Origin: a virus
DNA: 64,000 bases
Reading direction: 5' to 3' (one strand)
Virus record (IMG/VR): IMGVR_UViG_3300020045_014031
Location: 33,184 to 97,183 of that record
Of this stretch, positions 49,775-59,117 are shown one piece after another. The notes below the pieces were generated by a model, which saw nothing but the letters and a program-made list of their open reading frames with translations, was not told the DNA's origin and did no database searches. The translations under genes were made by a program, and so were the position numbers. Each line of letters starts with the position of its first letter. Position 1 is the stretch's first letter.

Positions 49775-52090
49775 TTATTTTTTAGAAGGCTTATTCTGAT
49801 TCTTTTTTAATTCAGTAACATTTTTTTCATCTGCAATTTGTTTATTAACTGATATTTCTCTTTCTTTAACATCAAGTTTTCTATTTTCAATTGCTTGTTT
49901 CATTTGTACTTCTAAAATATCAGGTATTCCATCTTTATCGTTATCAATTTTAGACATACCAGAGGATAAATTATTTTCTCTAATTTCTTCTAATTTGTTT
50001 TGATGTTTTAAGTTTTCTAATTGTATATCAAGTTCTAATTGAAATCTATTAATATCTTTTTGTTGTTCAATTAGTTCTTTTTCTCTTTCATGGTCACTTT
50101 GAGCTGTTTGTTCTAATTGTTGTTGATTTCTTTCAGCTATTTTATTTAATTGTTTTTTAAGTTGAGAAACATTATCAGATGTTAAAATTTCAATAACTTC
50201 TAAAGGTGAATTTTGATTAGCTGTTTTAGCATAAGCTTTAGCTTCATCTAATTCTTTGTTTTCTTTAGAATTGTTTACAGGTACAATTTGTAATTTACTA
50301 AACCATATTTCTTCTGGTGTTAAATTTAGTAATTTAAAACCGTCATCACTATAGGTTGAATTATGTTCATTATCTAATAATAAATACTTTGCTATTTCTA
50401 AAAAGTATTCAACTTGTCTTAATGTATAATCATCAAATTTTTGATAAATATAATCAATAATAATACTACTTTGATTTATACTTGCATTAGTTGTACCTAC
50501 TTGGTCAGAAGCGGACATTTGACCTTTTATCTGTCTTGATATACCTGTTATATCATCCCATGCTGATTTATATGAATTAGCTAAATTAGTAAGTTCTGAT
50601 ATATCTTTCAATGTACTCATATCAACAGATTGATATTGATTAAAAGTTTTATCAGCTCCTAATTGGTCACGTTTAATAAAAGCATAACCAAGCATTTCCA
50701 TATAATACATAAACTTTTCTTCATCCCATCCTTCGTCCTTTGGAATTACACCATAATCTAAAACAAATATTCTACCTTTATTTTTAGAAAGCATTTTTTC
50801 TATCATAAAGTTACAAATTAAAATCATAGATAAATAAGGAATACCTATTTTTAATAATGAATAAACTTTCTCATCGTAATAATGAGCAAATTTAACACCG
50901 TTATAAGGCATCATTAGTTTTCCTGTTACACCATTAACACAAGGATATTCATATTCTCCCATATTAAGATATAAATCTACAATTCTATCTGTTTTATAAA
51001 TAGTATTTTTCCATTCCCACTCTACTGTTTCATATCTTTCATCTACTGGATATGTTTCATCTACTTCTTTAGATGTTAATACTCCGTCTTCATCATAGTA
51101 AACTACTGTACCAACTTTCTTTCTTGATTTCCAAAAACAATGATATACAGGTATCTTACCAACAGTAGAACTTGCATAATTTGAAGCTATTACTTTATCT
51201 GCAATATATCTTTTAAATGATTCTGCTGATATAGCTGAATATCTATCTAACTTTGACCAATCATCTTCTGTTAGTTTATATTTATCTACAACTTCACTTA
51301 CAGTTAATAATTCTAATTCAACTTGCCATTCTGCTTCTGATATATACTTATTATTAACAGATTTATCATATTCAAAGAATCTTCTATCTACTCTTCTATA
51401 CTCTAAATTACCGTTTTTAATTCCTGTATAACAAATAGGTTCTCCGTTAATTAAATAATCAAGAAATTGTTCAGATAGTATCTCGTGAACATGATTTTGA
51501 TTCATTAATTTATTTAAGTACCTTTGTGCTTTATCAGATAGTTCATCTTTGTAAGATAATGAAAAATTAACTTTTACTGTTTCTGGTGTTAAATCAACTT
51601 GTTGTTTTTCACCTTTTTCATCTGTAATTAATTGAGTAAATCTTTTAATTATTTGAGTACTAAAATTCTTTTTAAAATTTTCTTGAAACTCATTATATAC
51701 ATTAGGGTCTAAATTTACACAACTCCAATTAAAAACTCTTTTTCTGTAGTTAGAATTAATATAATTCAAATTAGAATTAAGAATATTAAAAGGTCTAAAT
51801 TTAGCTCCTTTAGCTTTATAATTTTTATTTGTACTATTTAAAGGGTTTGTAAAAGCTTCAAAAGTTGATTCTGTTAATTCGTTATGGTATAATTTTCTTA
51901 AATTACCAAATTCAGTTCTTACTTCATTATTTGTTCCGTTGTAGCCTACTAAAATATCAGAGAAAGCAGATAACCCTATAAATAAATCAGCAGATTTTCT
52001 AAACCATTCATAATCATTTTTTATTTTATCTTCATAACTTATTCTTTGTAAAGGTTTTATCCTTATTTCTTGTCCTTCATTGTTTTCCAT
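49775..52090 (-). CDS. portal protein
   Basis: 771 aa after TerL; GISRQIKGQ..S..VG motif and C-terminal DNDKDGIPD as in crAss portals. Confidence 0.9.
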   Translation of the reverse strand: MENNEGQEIRIKPLQRISYEDKIKNDYEWFRKSADLFIGLSAFSDILVGYNGTNNEVRTEFGNLRKLYHNELTESTFEAFTNPLNSTNKNYKAKGAKFRPFNILNSNLNYINSNYRKRVFNWSCVNLDPNVYNEFQENFKKNFSTQIIKRFTQLITDEKGEKQQVDLTPETVKVNFSLSYKDELSDKAQRYLNKLMNQNHVHEILSEQFLDYLINGEPICYTGIKNGNLEYRRVDRRFFEYDKSVNNKYISEAEWQVELELLTVSEVVDKYKLTEDDWSKLDRYSAISAESFKRYIADKVIASNYASSTVGKIPVYHCFWKSRKKVGTVVYYDEDGVLTSKEVDETYPVDERYETVEWEWKNTIYKTDRIVDLYLNMGEYEYPCVNGVTGKLMMPYNGVKFAHYYDEKVYSLLKIGIPYLSMILICNFMIEKMLSKNKGRIFVLDYGVIPKDEGWDEEKFMYYMEMLGYAFIKRDQLGADKTFNQYQSVDMSTLKDISELTNLANSYKSAWDDITGISRQIKGQMSASDQVGTTNASINQSSIIIDYIYQKFDDYTLRQVEYFLEIAKYLLLDNEHNSTYSDDGFKLLNLTPEEIWFSKLQIVPVNNSKENKELDEAKAYAKTANQNSPLEVIEILTSDNVSQLKKQLNKIAERNQQQLEQTAQSDHEREKELIEQQKDINRFQLELDIQLENLKHQNKLEEIRENNLSSGMSKIDNDKDGIPDILEVQMKQAIENRKLDVKEREISVNKQIADEKNVTELKKNQNKPSKK
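49778..49792 (-). repeat. dispersed motif copy
   Basis: AAGCCTTCTAAAAAA on the minus strand; encodes the last residues KPSKK of the portal. Confidence 0.85.
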
Positions 52091-52102
52091 TCTAATAGTT
52101 TA

Positions 52103-54319
52103 TTAACCGTTATACTCATTTATTACTAAAGTATTATTAATATTGTTTGAATTATTTTCTATAAACCTACTAAAAAAATCAGATTTATCCGAATTTTTCA
52201 TTGATTCTTTAGCTCTAAACTCTTTCTCTTTTAGTATTCCCATAGCTAAAATAGCAGAACTGATACTGTCAGCATTTTGACCATGATAATCAGAACATTC
52301 TTTTAATAGTATTTCATCATCTACAAAATGTACATTTAATAAACTACTTGTATTTAACGATTGACCATTATCGTCAGTTTCTTCTTCCTCTTCTTCATTT
52401 ATAGTATAACCTCTTTCTTCTAAAAACCATTGAGCAAATTCTTTTAAAGCACTTGCTTTAAAATCTGTACTAACTTTAGCCCACTTAGTTTTCTTTCTTT
52501 GTTCATCTACAACCATTGAATCAGGACTGTCGGCTATTAAATGTAATTTATGTTTATACTTAAAGAAGTTAATTAATATAACACCTTGGGCATTATACTC
52601 TCCATGTATAGGTGCATTACCAAAATATATAGACATTAACATTAATATATTAAAAGCTTTATCTTGACTTCTTGGTCTTCCTCTATACCATGCAACAGGT
52701 AATCTTGCATAACTATTATCGTACTTATTATATTGTTTCCATACATAAGCACAAAATAAAGAAGTTTTATCTTCCGCATCATCTACACCATAGTTATCTA
52801 CTGTAATAAAATACATGTCTCTTGGTACAGAAGCTTTATTAGAACCTAACATAGTTCTTCTATAAGGTTTTTGTCTTAACTGTACACAACCTTCATAATA
52901 TTCATCTTTATTATGTGGGTAAATACTAACAGGTCTGTTTTGTGCAGGTTCTACTTTTATTTCACCTAAGTTATCTATTGATAAATCAACACATAATATT
53001 GAGTTTATTTTATTTCTATCAGCTTGTAATCTTTGTAATTGAGCATTAATTTCAATAGTTGGAAATATATTACCTTTAACTCTTTTTAATGCTTCTTGTG
53101 GTGTAAATGGGTACTCTGCTGTATGTCTATCTACTTCTTTTGAACTTACTTTCTTTTTTTCATTTCTAATTTTCTCTTCACTATCTATTGCTTTTCTTAT
53201 TTCTGGATTACCATCTTTATCCATAAATTTACTATTAGCAAAAAATGAAGGACAAAAGAATCCTACTTTATCATTTGGATTTTCTCCAAATATATTTGGG
53301 AATTGCATCATGTTAAATGCTTTAGGATTAGTAAATACAGATTCTAATCCTTGAATCCCAGGTCCTTCTTCACCACCTGTACCAAACATTACTATTTGTC
53401 CTACTTTATATGCTCCATCTTTTACTAATGCTTGTGATGTTGATATAATATCTAATACATTAGGAAAAGAACCTGCTTCTTCAATAGTTATTTTTCTACC
53501 TCTTTTACCACGTGCTTTTCTTGGTTTATCACATATAACACTTATTATTTGTGAATCTCTACCGTAAATTACACCTGATAAATCTTTATACCCTGACTTA
53601 AATTCTTTAGGTTCATCAGAAATATCATATCTATTTAATCCCCACCTACTATCTTCTGATAATTTACCGTTAGCTAAATAACTTTTAGTAGCTGTTCTTA
53701 AAAAGTTTAATCCATTTTGTATCTTAGGCATTATACCATCAGCTCCATCAAGGTATTCACTACTGTACGCAAATACATAACTCTTACTTTTAGGTATAAA
53801 AGTATAATTATATATATCATCTGCTGCATCCATATAACTAAATCCTGCTCCACGTGTTTTTACACAACATATATCTTCACCTCCTTGACTTGTTAATCCT
53901 GCAAATTTTCCTCCATAATGAGCTACTGTTTTAAAATTCCACCATAGATATTGTATTAACCAAAAACTTGGAAATGATTCTTCTTTTTCTACATTAGTTT
54001 TAGTTTTATCAGTACCTTCTGGTACTCTTAGTATCATAAAATAGTTTAAGTAAAAATACATTCTTCCTGTAATTTTTAAATCTCCTATTTTATAACCATT
54101 CATACATCTTCTTTCTTCTTCATTCCAAAACATCTCATTTTCTAAAGAACCTTTAGGTGCTAAACAATATACTGGTTTACCTGCTTTTTTATTCTTTAAA
54201 TATGTTTGTCCTGCTTCTGAAAATAATCCTGTATTTACAAGTTTAGTAAAAGTTAATGAATCCATAGAGTATTCATTAACTTTAGTACTATATTCTTTTT
54301 CAATAAAGTTCTCTATCAT
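52103..54319 (-). CDS. terL: terminase large subunit
   Basis: ITGRMYFYLN, Walker A VKTRGAGFSY, Walker B ITIEEAG, FGTGG, EYPFTPQEA, nuclease YFITVD. Confidence 0.93.
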   Translation of the reverse strand: MIENFIEKEYSTKVNEYSMDSLTFTKLVNTGLFSEAGQTYLKNKKAGKPVYCLAPKGSLENEMFWNEEERRCMNGYKIGDLKITGRMYFYLNYFMILRVPEGTDKTKTNVEKEESFPSFWLIQYLWWNFKTVAHYGGKFAGLTSQGGEDICCVKTRGAGFSYMDAADDIYNYTFIPKSKSYVFAYSSEYLDGADGIMPKIQNGLNFLRTATKSYLANGKLSEDSRWGLNRYDISDEPKEFKSGYKDLSGVIYGRDSQIISVICDKPRKARGKRGRKITIEEAGSFPNVLDIISTSQALVKDGAYKVGQIVMFGTGGEEGPGIQGLESVFTNPKAFNMMQFPNIFGENPNDKVGFFCPSFFANSKFMDKDGNPEIRKAIDSEEKIRNEKKKVSSKEVDRHTAEYPFTPQEALKRVKGNIFPTIEINAQLQRLQADRNKINSILCVDLSIDNLGEIKVEPAQNRPVSIYPHNKDEYYEGCVQLRQKPYRRTMLGSNKASVPRDMYFITVDNYGVDDAEDKTSLFCAYVWKQYNKYDNSYARLPVAWYRGRPRSQDKAFNILMLMSIYFGNAPIHGEYNAQGVILINFFKYKHKLHLIADSPDSMVVDEQRKKTKWAKVSTDFKASALKEFAQWFLEERGYTINEEEEEETDDNGQSLNTSSLLNVHFVDDEILLKECSDYHGQNADSISSAILAMGILKEKEFRAKESMKNSDKSDFFSRFIENNSNNINNTLVINEYNG

Positions 54320-54942
54320 AAATCTTCTATGTCTTCAACCCAAGTTTTATTTGTTGTTTTTTCTAATGTAGATAACACCATAGATTGTTTAAGTCTTAAC
54401 TCTTCATTTCTATAAGCTGTTTCATATTTTATTCTAAACTCTTTCATAGATTTCATATCTTGGTCTAATCCTGCAACTGACTTACTGTGTTCAGCAGGAG
54501 TAACTAATACTCTACCTACTTTATCTACTTTATCAAAGTTAATATCATTAATATATTGAATTTTTCTTTCAGTACTATTTTTTACAGCTTGATAAGCCTT
54601 ATAAAAAGGTAGTGATTCAATTATTTTTTTATATTCTTTGTATGCCTCTTGTAATGCTTCATCTTTATAAAACTCTTTTTCTGTATAACCATAAAGTTTT
54701 AATGATTCAGTAAATCTTTCTTCTTCACTCATTTCAGAGTATTCTGAATCAGGATTTAACATTACTCTTATTAAATTAAAATCTCTTTTAGCTCTTTCTT
54801 TTTTAGTAGCTGAGTAATCAGTTCTTACTCCTCTATTTCCTTTATCTCTATCAAATAATACAGATAATTTAGGATTGTTTCTAATCCAAATTTTGTTCAG
54901 GTTCACTTCTCCCGATTCTTCGTCTAACACAAACAGCTCCAT
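54316..54942 (-). CDS. putative terminase small subunit
   Basis: 208 aa helical protein directly upstream of TerL with a 4-nt overlap. Confidence 0.5.
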   Translation of the reverse strand: MELFVLDEESGEVNLNKIWIRNNPKLSVLFDRDKGNRGVRTDYSATKKERAKRDFNLIRVMLNPDSEYSEMSEEERFTESLKLYGYTEKEFYKDEALQEAYKEYKKIIESLPFYKAYQAVKNSTERKIQYINDINFDKVDKVGRVLVTPAEHSKSVAGLDQDMKSMKEFRIKYETAYRNEELRLKQSMVLSTLEKTTNKTWVEDIEDL

Positions 54943-55513
54943 ATTCTATTCCTTTAAGATTAACTATTTTATTTCTTTTTATTTTAAATGAACCTATGTA
55001 AGGTATTCTTGTAGCTTCATTTTCTTTCATGTTTTCAATTATAAATAAACTTAAAAGTTTTATAATATCTACACTTTCAGTATGTTCAACTTTAAGTTTA
55101 TCTGCTATATTTTTAAGTACTGGATTAACAGTAGTAGAACATAAAGAAGGTCTTGCAAATTTAGTCCAACCATCTGTAAATACAAGTCTTTTTATAGGTC
55201 TAAATAAATTTTTACCATTTTCAATTTGGTCAAGTCTAATTTGAATATATTTCTTTTTATAACTTATAAACTTTTTATATATTTCATTATTTATTTCATT
55301 ATTGTTTTCATTAACTTCTATTTCTTCAAGACTGATTAATTCAAAACTATCTTCTTCTTTTACTTTAAAATCTTCCAATAGAAATTTAGGTATTCCTTTT
55401 TCTATTAATTGAGATACAATTTCTTCTTTTTTTTCTTCTAATGTTAAAGGAGTTATATAAACTCCTTGATGTATTCCTTTATAACTTTGTATTCTATAAA
55501 TTGTTTTAATCAT
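54881..55513 (-). CDS. protein with C-terminal HU/IHF-like domain
   Basis: VLKNIADKLKVEHTESVDIIKLLSLFIIENMKENEATRIPYIGSFKI matches the HU/IHF fold pattern. Confidence 0.6.
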   Translation of the reverse strand: MIKTIYRIQSYKGIHQGVYITPLTLEEKKEEIVSQLIEKGIPKFLLEDFKVKEEDSFELISLEEIEVNENNNEINNEIYKKFISYKKKYIQIRLDQIENGKNLFRPIKRLVFTDGWTKFARPSLCSTTVNPVLKNIADKLKVEHTESVDIIKLLSLFIIENMKENEATRIPYIGSFKIKRNKIVNLKGIEYGAVCVRRRIGRSEPEQNLD

Positions 55514-55522
55514 GGTTTTGTA

Positions 55523-55556
55523 GTTTACAAATGAGCCTTCTAAAATAATAGAAGAA
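55523..55556 (+). repeat. dispersed motif copy, intergenic, best match to consensus
   Basis: GTTTACAAATGAGCCTTCTAAAATAATAGAAGAA, just upstream of the HU-like gene start. Confidence 0.95.
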
Positions 55557-55593
55557 ATTTTTACTTAATTCTTTTATTAGTTAAATATAAAAC

Positions 55594-55625
55594 AAAAAAA
55601 AGGTAAAAGAAAATCTTTTACCTTT
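55594..55625 (-). terminator. intrinsic terminator
   Basis: AAAGGTAAAAGA-aaa-TCTTTTACCTTT with a T tract on the minus strand. Confidence 0.85.
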
Positions 55626-55653
55626 AATAATTAATCCATTAACACTCTATTCT

Positions 55654-55980
55654 TTATTCTGCAATTTTACTAATAAGCAAATAATAATCAAGAATTATAA
55701 ATCCTATTTTTTCACTATCTGTTTCTCTTGAAAAATAAGGTATAGGAGGTGTATGAGGTTGGTCAATTAAAATAGTATCACCTACTTTAATTGATTGACT
55801 GATTTTTTCTCCATTACCTACGGCAATAACTTTTGTTATTCTATCAAATTTTAATTGTCCAGAATTATCACCTGCTGTTGAAGTAATAATACTACTCTTT
55901 TTTACTGAACATTCTACTGCAAATCTTTCACCTTCTAATCTTAGTTTATCAGGTTGTATAGCTAATTTATCTTCTAACAT
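55654..55980 (-). CDS. GroES-like co-chaperonin
   Basis: RLEGERFAVE..KKSSIIT..KVIAVGNG....IKVGDTIL pattern of Cpn10. Confidence 0.7.
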   Translation of the reverse strand: MLEDKLAIQPDKLRLEGERFAVECSVKKSSIITSTAGDNSGQLKFDRITKVIAVGNGEKISQSIKVGDTILIDQPHTPPIPYFSRETDSEKIGFIILDYYLLISKIAE

Positions 55981-55981
55981 T

Positions 55982-56308
55982 TTACTTATGGTTTATATTT
56001 TTACCTTCTACATTTTGAGCAATTCTTTTTCTTGTTCTTTCATACAACCACATATTAGCTTCTTGTAAATGTGTAATTGCACAAGCATTTTCTTTACATG
56101 GAAACTTAGATTGTAAATATGATATTCTGTCAATTAACATTTCAATTACTTCTTCATTTGTAGTACCATCATTTAAAGTAATTAATTTTCCTTTAATTTC
56201 TGATTGAGTATCTTCTATCTTTTCAATAAATTGAATAACTTGACCTTGCTCCTCTTTGTTTTCAAAGTTTTCAAGTTCGTATTTGTGACCTTCTGTTAAT
56301 ACTTTCAT
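55982..56308 (-). CDS. tad1: Tad1-like cyclic nucleotide sponge (anti-Thoeris/anti-CBASS)
   Basis: GTTNEEVIEMLIDRISYLQSKFPCKENACAITHLQEANMWLYERTRKRIAQNVEG matches, from memory, the Tad1 C-terminal hairpin (DRL..FQ..F..RENACALTH.EEA.MW...R..DR..RNV.G). Confidence 0.8.
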   Translation of the reverse strand: MKVLTEGHKYELENFENKEEQGQVIQFIEKIEDTQSEIKGKLITLNDGTTNEEVIEMLIDRISYLQSKFPCKENACAITHLQEANMWLYERTRKRIAQNVEGKNINHK

Positions 56309-56341
56309 TTTAATTTAGTTTTAACTATGAGTTTTATTTAT

Positions 56342-56830
56342 TTATAATTTATAATAAGTAAAAATTGTTTCACCTGTTAATTCACTTTTTAATTCTATTA
56401 CAAAATCATTTACTTTTATTAAATAACCTTTCTTAAATATAAAATTAAATTTTCCAAATGTAAAATAATAAGAGTTATTATTTACATGAGTTACAATACA
56501 TTCTTTATATTCAAAGTGCCAATAAGGTTCTTGTGAAGCTGTTTTACTATAATCAACTAATTCATCAAAAGAAATAAACTCTTTTTTATTTACAGGTATT
56601 AAATCTTTATTTGTTTTTAAATAAGTTTTTTCAAACACTTCTTTCGGTGACCAACTGATATAACCTTTATGTAAATTATGGTTAGGTTTTCCTCCGTCAG
56701 TATATTCAACTAAATAACCTTCTTCTTTAGGGTCTTCATTTTCTGGTACAACCCAATTTCTATAATTACAATATTCCTCTTTGTTCATTTTTTTAGCAAA
56801 GAGTGTTTTAGTACCTACATATAATTCCAT
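56342..56830 (-). CDS. phage protein with YxGTK...GYLVEY...GYISWSPKxxFE domain
   Basis: N-terminal about 70 aa is a widespread phage domain that I recall being fused to DUF2829/Tad2 and related sponge domains. Confidence 0.6.
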   Translation of the reverse strand: MELYVGTKTLFAKKMNKEEYCNYRNWVVPENEDPKEEGYLVEYTDGGKPNHNLHKGYISWSPKEVFEKTYLKTNKDLIPVNKKEFISFDELVDYSKTASQEPYWHFEYKECIVTHVNNNSYYFTFGKFNFIFKKGYLIKVNDFVIELKSELTGETIFTYYKL

Positions 56831-56843
56831 TTTATTTATTTTA

Positions 56844-57248
56844 TTAGTGAATTGAATCTAAACCTATAAATTCATCATCTACATTTTTAGGTACAAAAGG
56901 AATCTTTTTAAGTTCTCCCTTATATTTTAGAAGGCTTATACAACTTCTAATTAATTTATTATCTTCTAATACTTTAAATGAAGTACATTTTTCAAATAAT
57001 ACTTCTTGTACATCTATATCTTCAAAATCAAAATCTTCAATTTTACTATCTACATATTGCTCTGGTGTACTATGTAAAATAAGTAAATTTTCTAATTGAT
57101 GTTCTAATGCTTTTAAAGGTTTGTTTTCTTTATCAGACATTAAGTTATACCCTAAAGGGTGTGTAATTACTTGTTGTTCTTTAGGATATTGTTTAATACA
57201 TTCTAAAGATATTAAAATAGCTTGAATTAATTCTGTATTATTTTCCAT
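56844..57248 (-). CDS. hypothetical protein
   Basis: 134 aa ORF. Confidence 0.55.
   Translation of the reverse strand: MENNTELIQAILISLECIKQYPKEQQVITHPLGYNLMSDKENKPLKALEHQLENLLILHSTPEQYVDSKIEDFDFEDIDVQEVLFEKCTSFKVLEDNKLIRSCISLLKYKGELKKIPFVPKNVDDEFIGLDSIH
56916..56937 (-). repeat. dispersed motif copy
   Basis: AAGCCTTCTAAAATATAAGGGA on the minus strand; reads SLLKYKG, a different frame from the EPSK copies. Confidence 0.9.
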
Positions 57249-57300
57249 TTTTATTATTGATTTTATTTTCTAATTTAATATTTATTTTTTTAAAAAACAA

Positions 57301-57639
57301 TTAAAAGTTAAAATTTATATTTTCAATTTGTTTTCTAATTAAATTATTAACCTTAACTAATTGTAATTCTTTTATTTCTTTAGTATAAAACCATCCGTAA
57401 TAATTTTTAAAATTTACATATTCTAATTTATTATATCCTTTTCCATACATTTTTTGTATTAGTTCTCTAATACTTTGAATATCTTTTTCTAAACTATCTT
57501 TTAAAGCATATTTATCTGCAAAACTTAAACTTGATAAACCTTTTTGCATACCTATAATACTTTTAGAATTAACTTCTTCTATACCTATTTTATCAATTTC
57601 TTCATTTGATAAACCATTTAATTCTTCTAAGTTTCTCAT
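57301..57639 (-). CDS. hypothetical protein
   Basis: 112 aa, start overlaps the upstream stop. Confidence 0.55.
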   Translation of the reverse strand: MRNLEELNGLSNEEIDKIGIEEVNSKSIIGMQKGLSSLSFADKYALKDSLEKDIQSIRELIQKMYGKGYNKLEYVNFKNYYGWFYTKEIKELQLVKVNNLIRKQIENINFNF

Positions 57640-58409
57640 TATATTGTTTTTAAAAAGTTATGTAATTCTTTATCCCATTTAGCATCAGATAAAGCATTAT
57701 GTTTATTAATTTGTTTTGGATAACTATCTGATAATTTTATTGATTTTAAACCCTCTTCAATATTATAAGCTATTGGAATTTGTTTAGCTTTATTATCTAA
57801 CTCTTGTTTTAAATCAATTGTGTACATTGGAAATCCTTTAGGTAAATCTATCATCTTTCCAAATAATTGACATAATACTACATGGTCATAATCTGAGTAA
57901 TATCCGTAGAATTTAATAGGATTATGTTTTTTACATATATTTTTACTTCCAATTTTTCTATCACAATCACAATGTGTCTTTGAGATAAAAATTAGTATTT
58001 CTTCTGCTATTTGTTTATTTGTTTTACCATGTTTATTAATTAATTTTTTTAAATTTGAATAATTAAAATCTAATTTTTGATAAAAAAATCCGTTATTAAC
58101 ATTAGAATTTAATTCATCAAATATAGGTTTTAATACATTTTCTCTAATCCAATATTCTTTAATATACATTGGATTATAATGAGATTCTTCTTTACTTGGA
58201 TTATAATCATTATTTATTTTTTCATCATATCTATTCCAAGCTTCATATAAATTAAAATCTTTAGAAATAGCATAATATTCTCTATTATCTTCTGATACAA
58301 TTCCAATACTTATTAAATCTATTGTAGGTTTTGTTTCTCCGTATTTAAAACCTAATATTCTTTTATCTTGTTTACCTTCAAGAAATTCTGTATCTATATA
58401 ATAGTTCAT
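57639..58409 (-). CDS. DEDDh 3'-5' exonuclease (Rv2179c-like)
   Basis: YYIDTEFLEG, LISIGIVSED.REYYA, GYYSDYDHVVLCQLFG.MIDLP.GFPMY..DLKQ, HNALSDAKW. Confidence 0.88.
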   Translation of the reverse strand: MNYYIDTEFLEGKQDKRILGFKYGETKPTIDLISIGIVSEDNREYYAISKDFNLYEAWNRYDEKINNDYNPSKEESHYNPMYIKEYWIRENVLKPIFDELNSNVNNGFFYQKLDFNYSNLKKLINKHGKTNKQIAEEILIFISKTHCDCDRKIGSKNICKKHNPIKFYGYYSDYDHVVLCQLFGKMIDLPKGFPMYTIDLKQELDNKAKQIPIAYNIEEGLKSIKLSDSYPKQINKHNALSDAKWDKELHNFLKTI

Positions 58410-58561
58410 TTTGTTTTTCTTTTAATTCTTAACCAATATTTTCCTAAACTATTTTCACAACATCCAAAATCATGATTACATTCATCAATATAACTGTTAT
58501 GCCAAGCTATACCTATAAAAGATAAAAAGTTTTGAAACCAAAAAGTTATTTTATATTTCAT
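58406..58561 (-). CDS. 51 aa Cys/His-rich microprotein missing from the ORF track
   Basis: MKYKITFWFQNFLSFIGIAWHNSYIDECNHDFGCCENSLGKYWLRIKRKTK; ATGA overlaps with both neighbours. Confidence 0.75.
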   Translation of the reverse strand: MKYKITFWFQNFLSFIGIAWHNSYIDECNHDFGCCENSLGKYWLRIKRKTK

Positions 58562-58941
58562 TTTATTAATTGTTTTAAGTTATTTAATTCTTGTATTTCT
58601 TTATTACAAGCTATGTTATGATTATGTAATTCTTTAATTTGTCTTTCTATAATAAATATAACTTCTAATTGTTTTTCTTTGTAGTTAAAACTTTTAAATA
58701 TATCAATATATTTATAAATTAAATTTTTATTAAACTCATAATCATAATTTGTTTCAAATAATTTTTCACATCTGTATAACCTACCTTTACTGTCCTCCCA
58801 GACACTTCTACAATTCAAATAATTTATTTCATCACCGTAAATATTAGAATCAAAATAGAGGTTAAAATCATAACACTGTTTTAATGTTATTATTTTAAAA
58901 TATCTATAATACCATAATTTAATTTTTTTTATCAGTTTCAT
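58558..58941 (-). CDS. hypothetical protein
   Basis: 127 aa; NIYGDEINYLNCRSVWED..GRLYRC motif. Confidence 0.6.
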   Translation of the reverse strand: MKLIKKIKLWYYRYFKIITLKQCYDFNLYFDSNIYGDEINYLNCRSVWEDSKGRLYRCEKLFETNYDYEFNKNLIYKYIDIFKSFNYKEKQLEVIFIIERQIKELHNHNIACNKEIQELNNLKQLIK

Positions 58942-59116
58942 CTTTTATTTTTGCTTCAAAATACTTTCTTAAACTATTTCTTTCAATATTATTAAGAGTA
59001 TCTATTGCTTTTTTATACTCTTCTTCTGGCATCCACAAAGGAGTTTTTTCAATTTCTTTTGTTAGTTTATCTTCTTGTTGTTTTACAAAAGATTTATTAT
59101 AGTCTGTATTTTCCAT
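58919..59116 (-). CDS. hypothetical protein
   Basis: 65 aa, fills the operon. Confidence 0.5.
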   Translation of the reverse strand: MENTDYNKSFVKQQEDKLTKEIEKTPLWMPEEEYKKAIDTLNNIERNSLRKYFEAKIKDETDKKN

Positions 59117-59117
59117 A

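Noticed and set aside
20566-54319. Inteins or group I introns in RNAP, MCP, portal or TerL
   Set aside because: ORFs are continuous and of expected size; no intein splice motifs or embedded endonuclease domains seen.
6551-54612. Weak motif-like matches at 6551 (GAGCCTTGTAAA), 40282 (GAGCCTACTAAC) and 54594 (AAGCCTTATAAA)
   Set aside because: Two or more core mismatches; could be chance in AT-rich DNA, so not counted.
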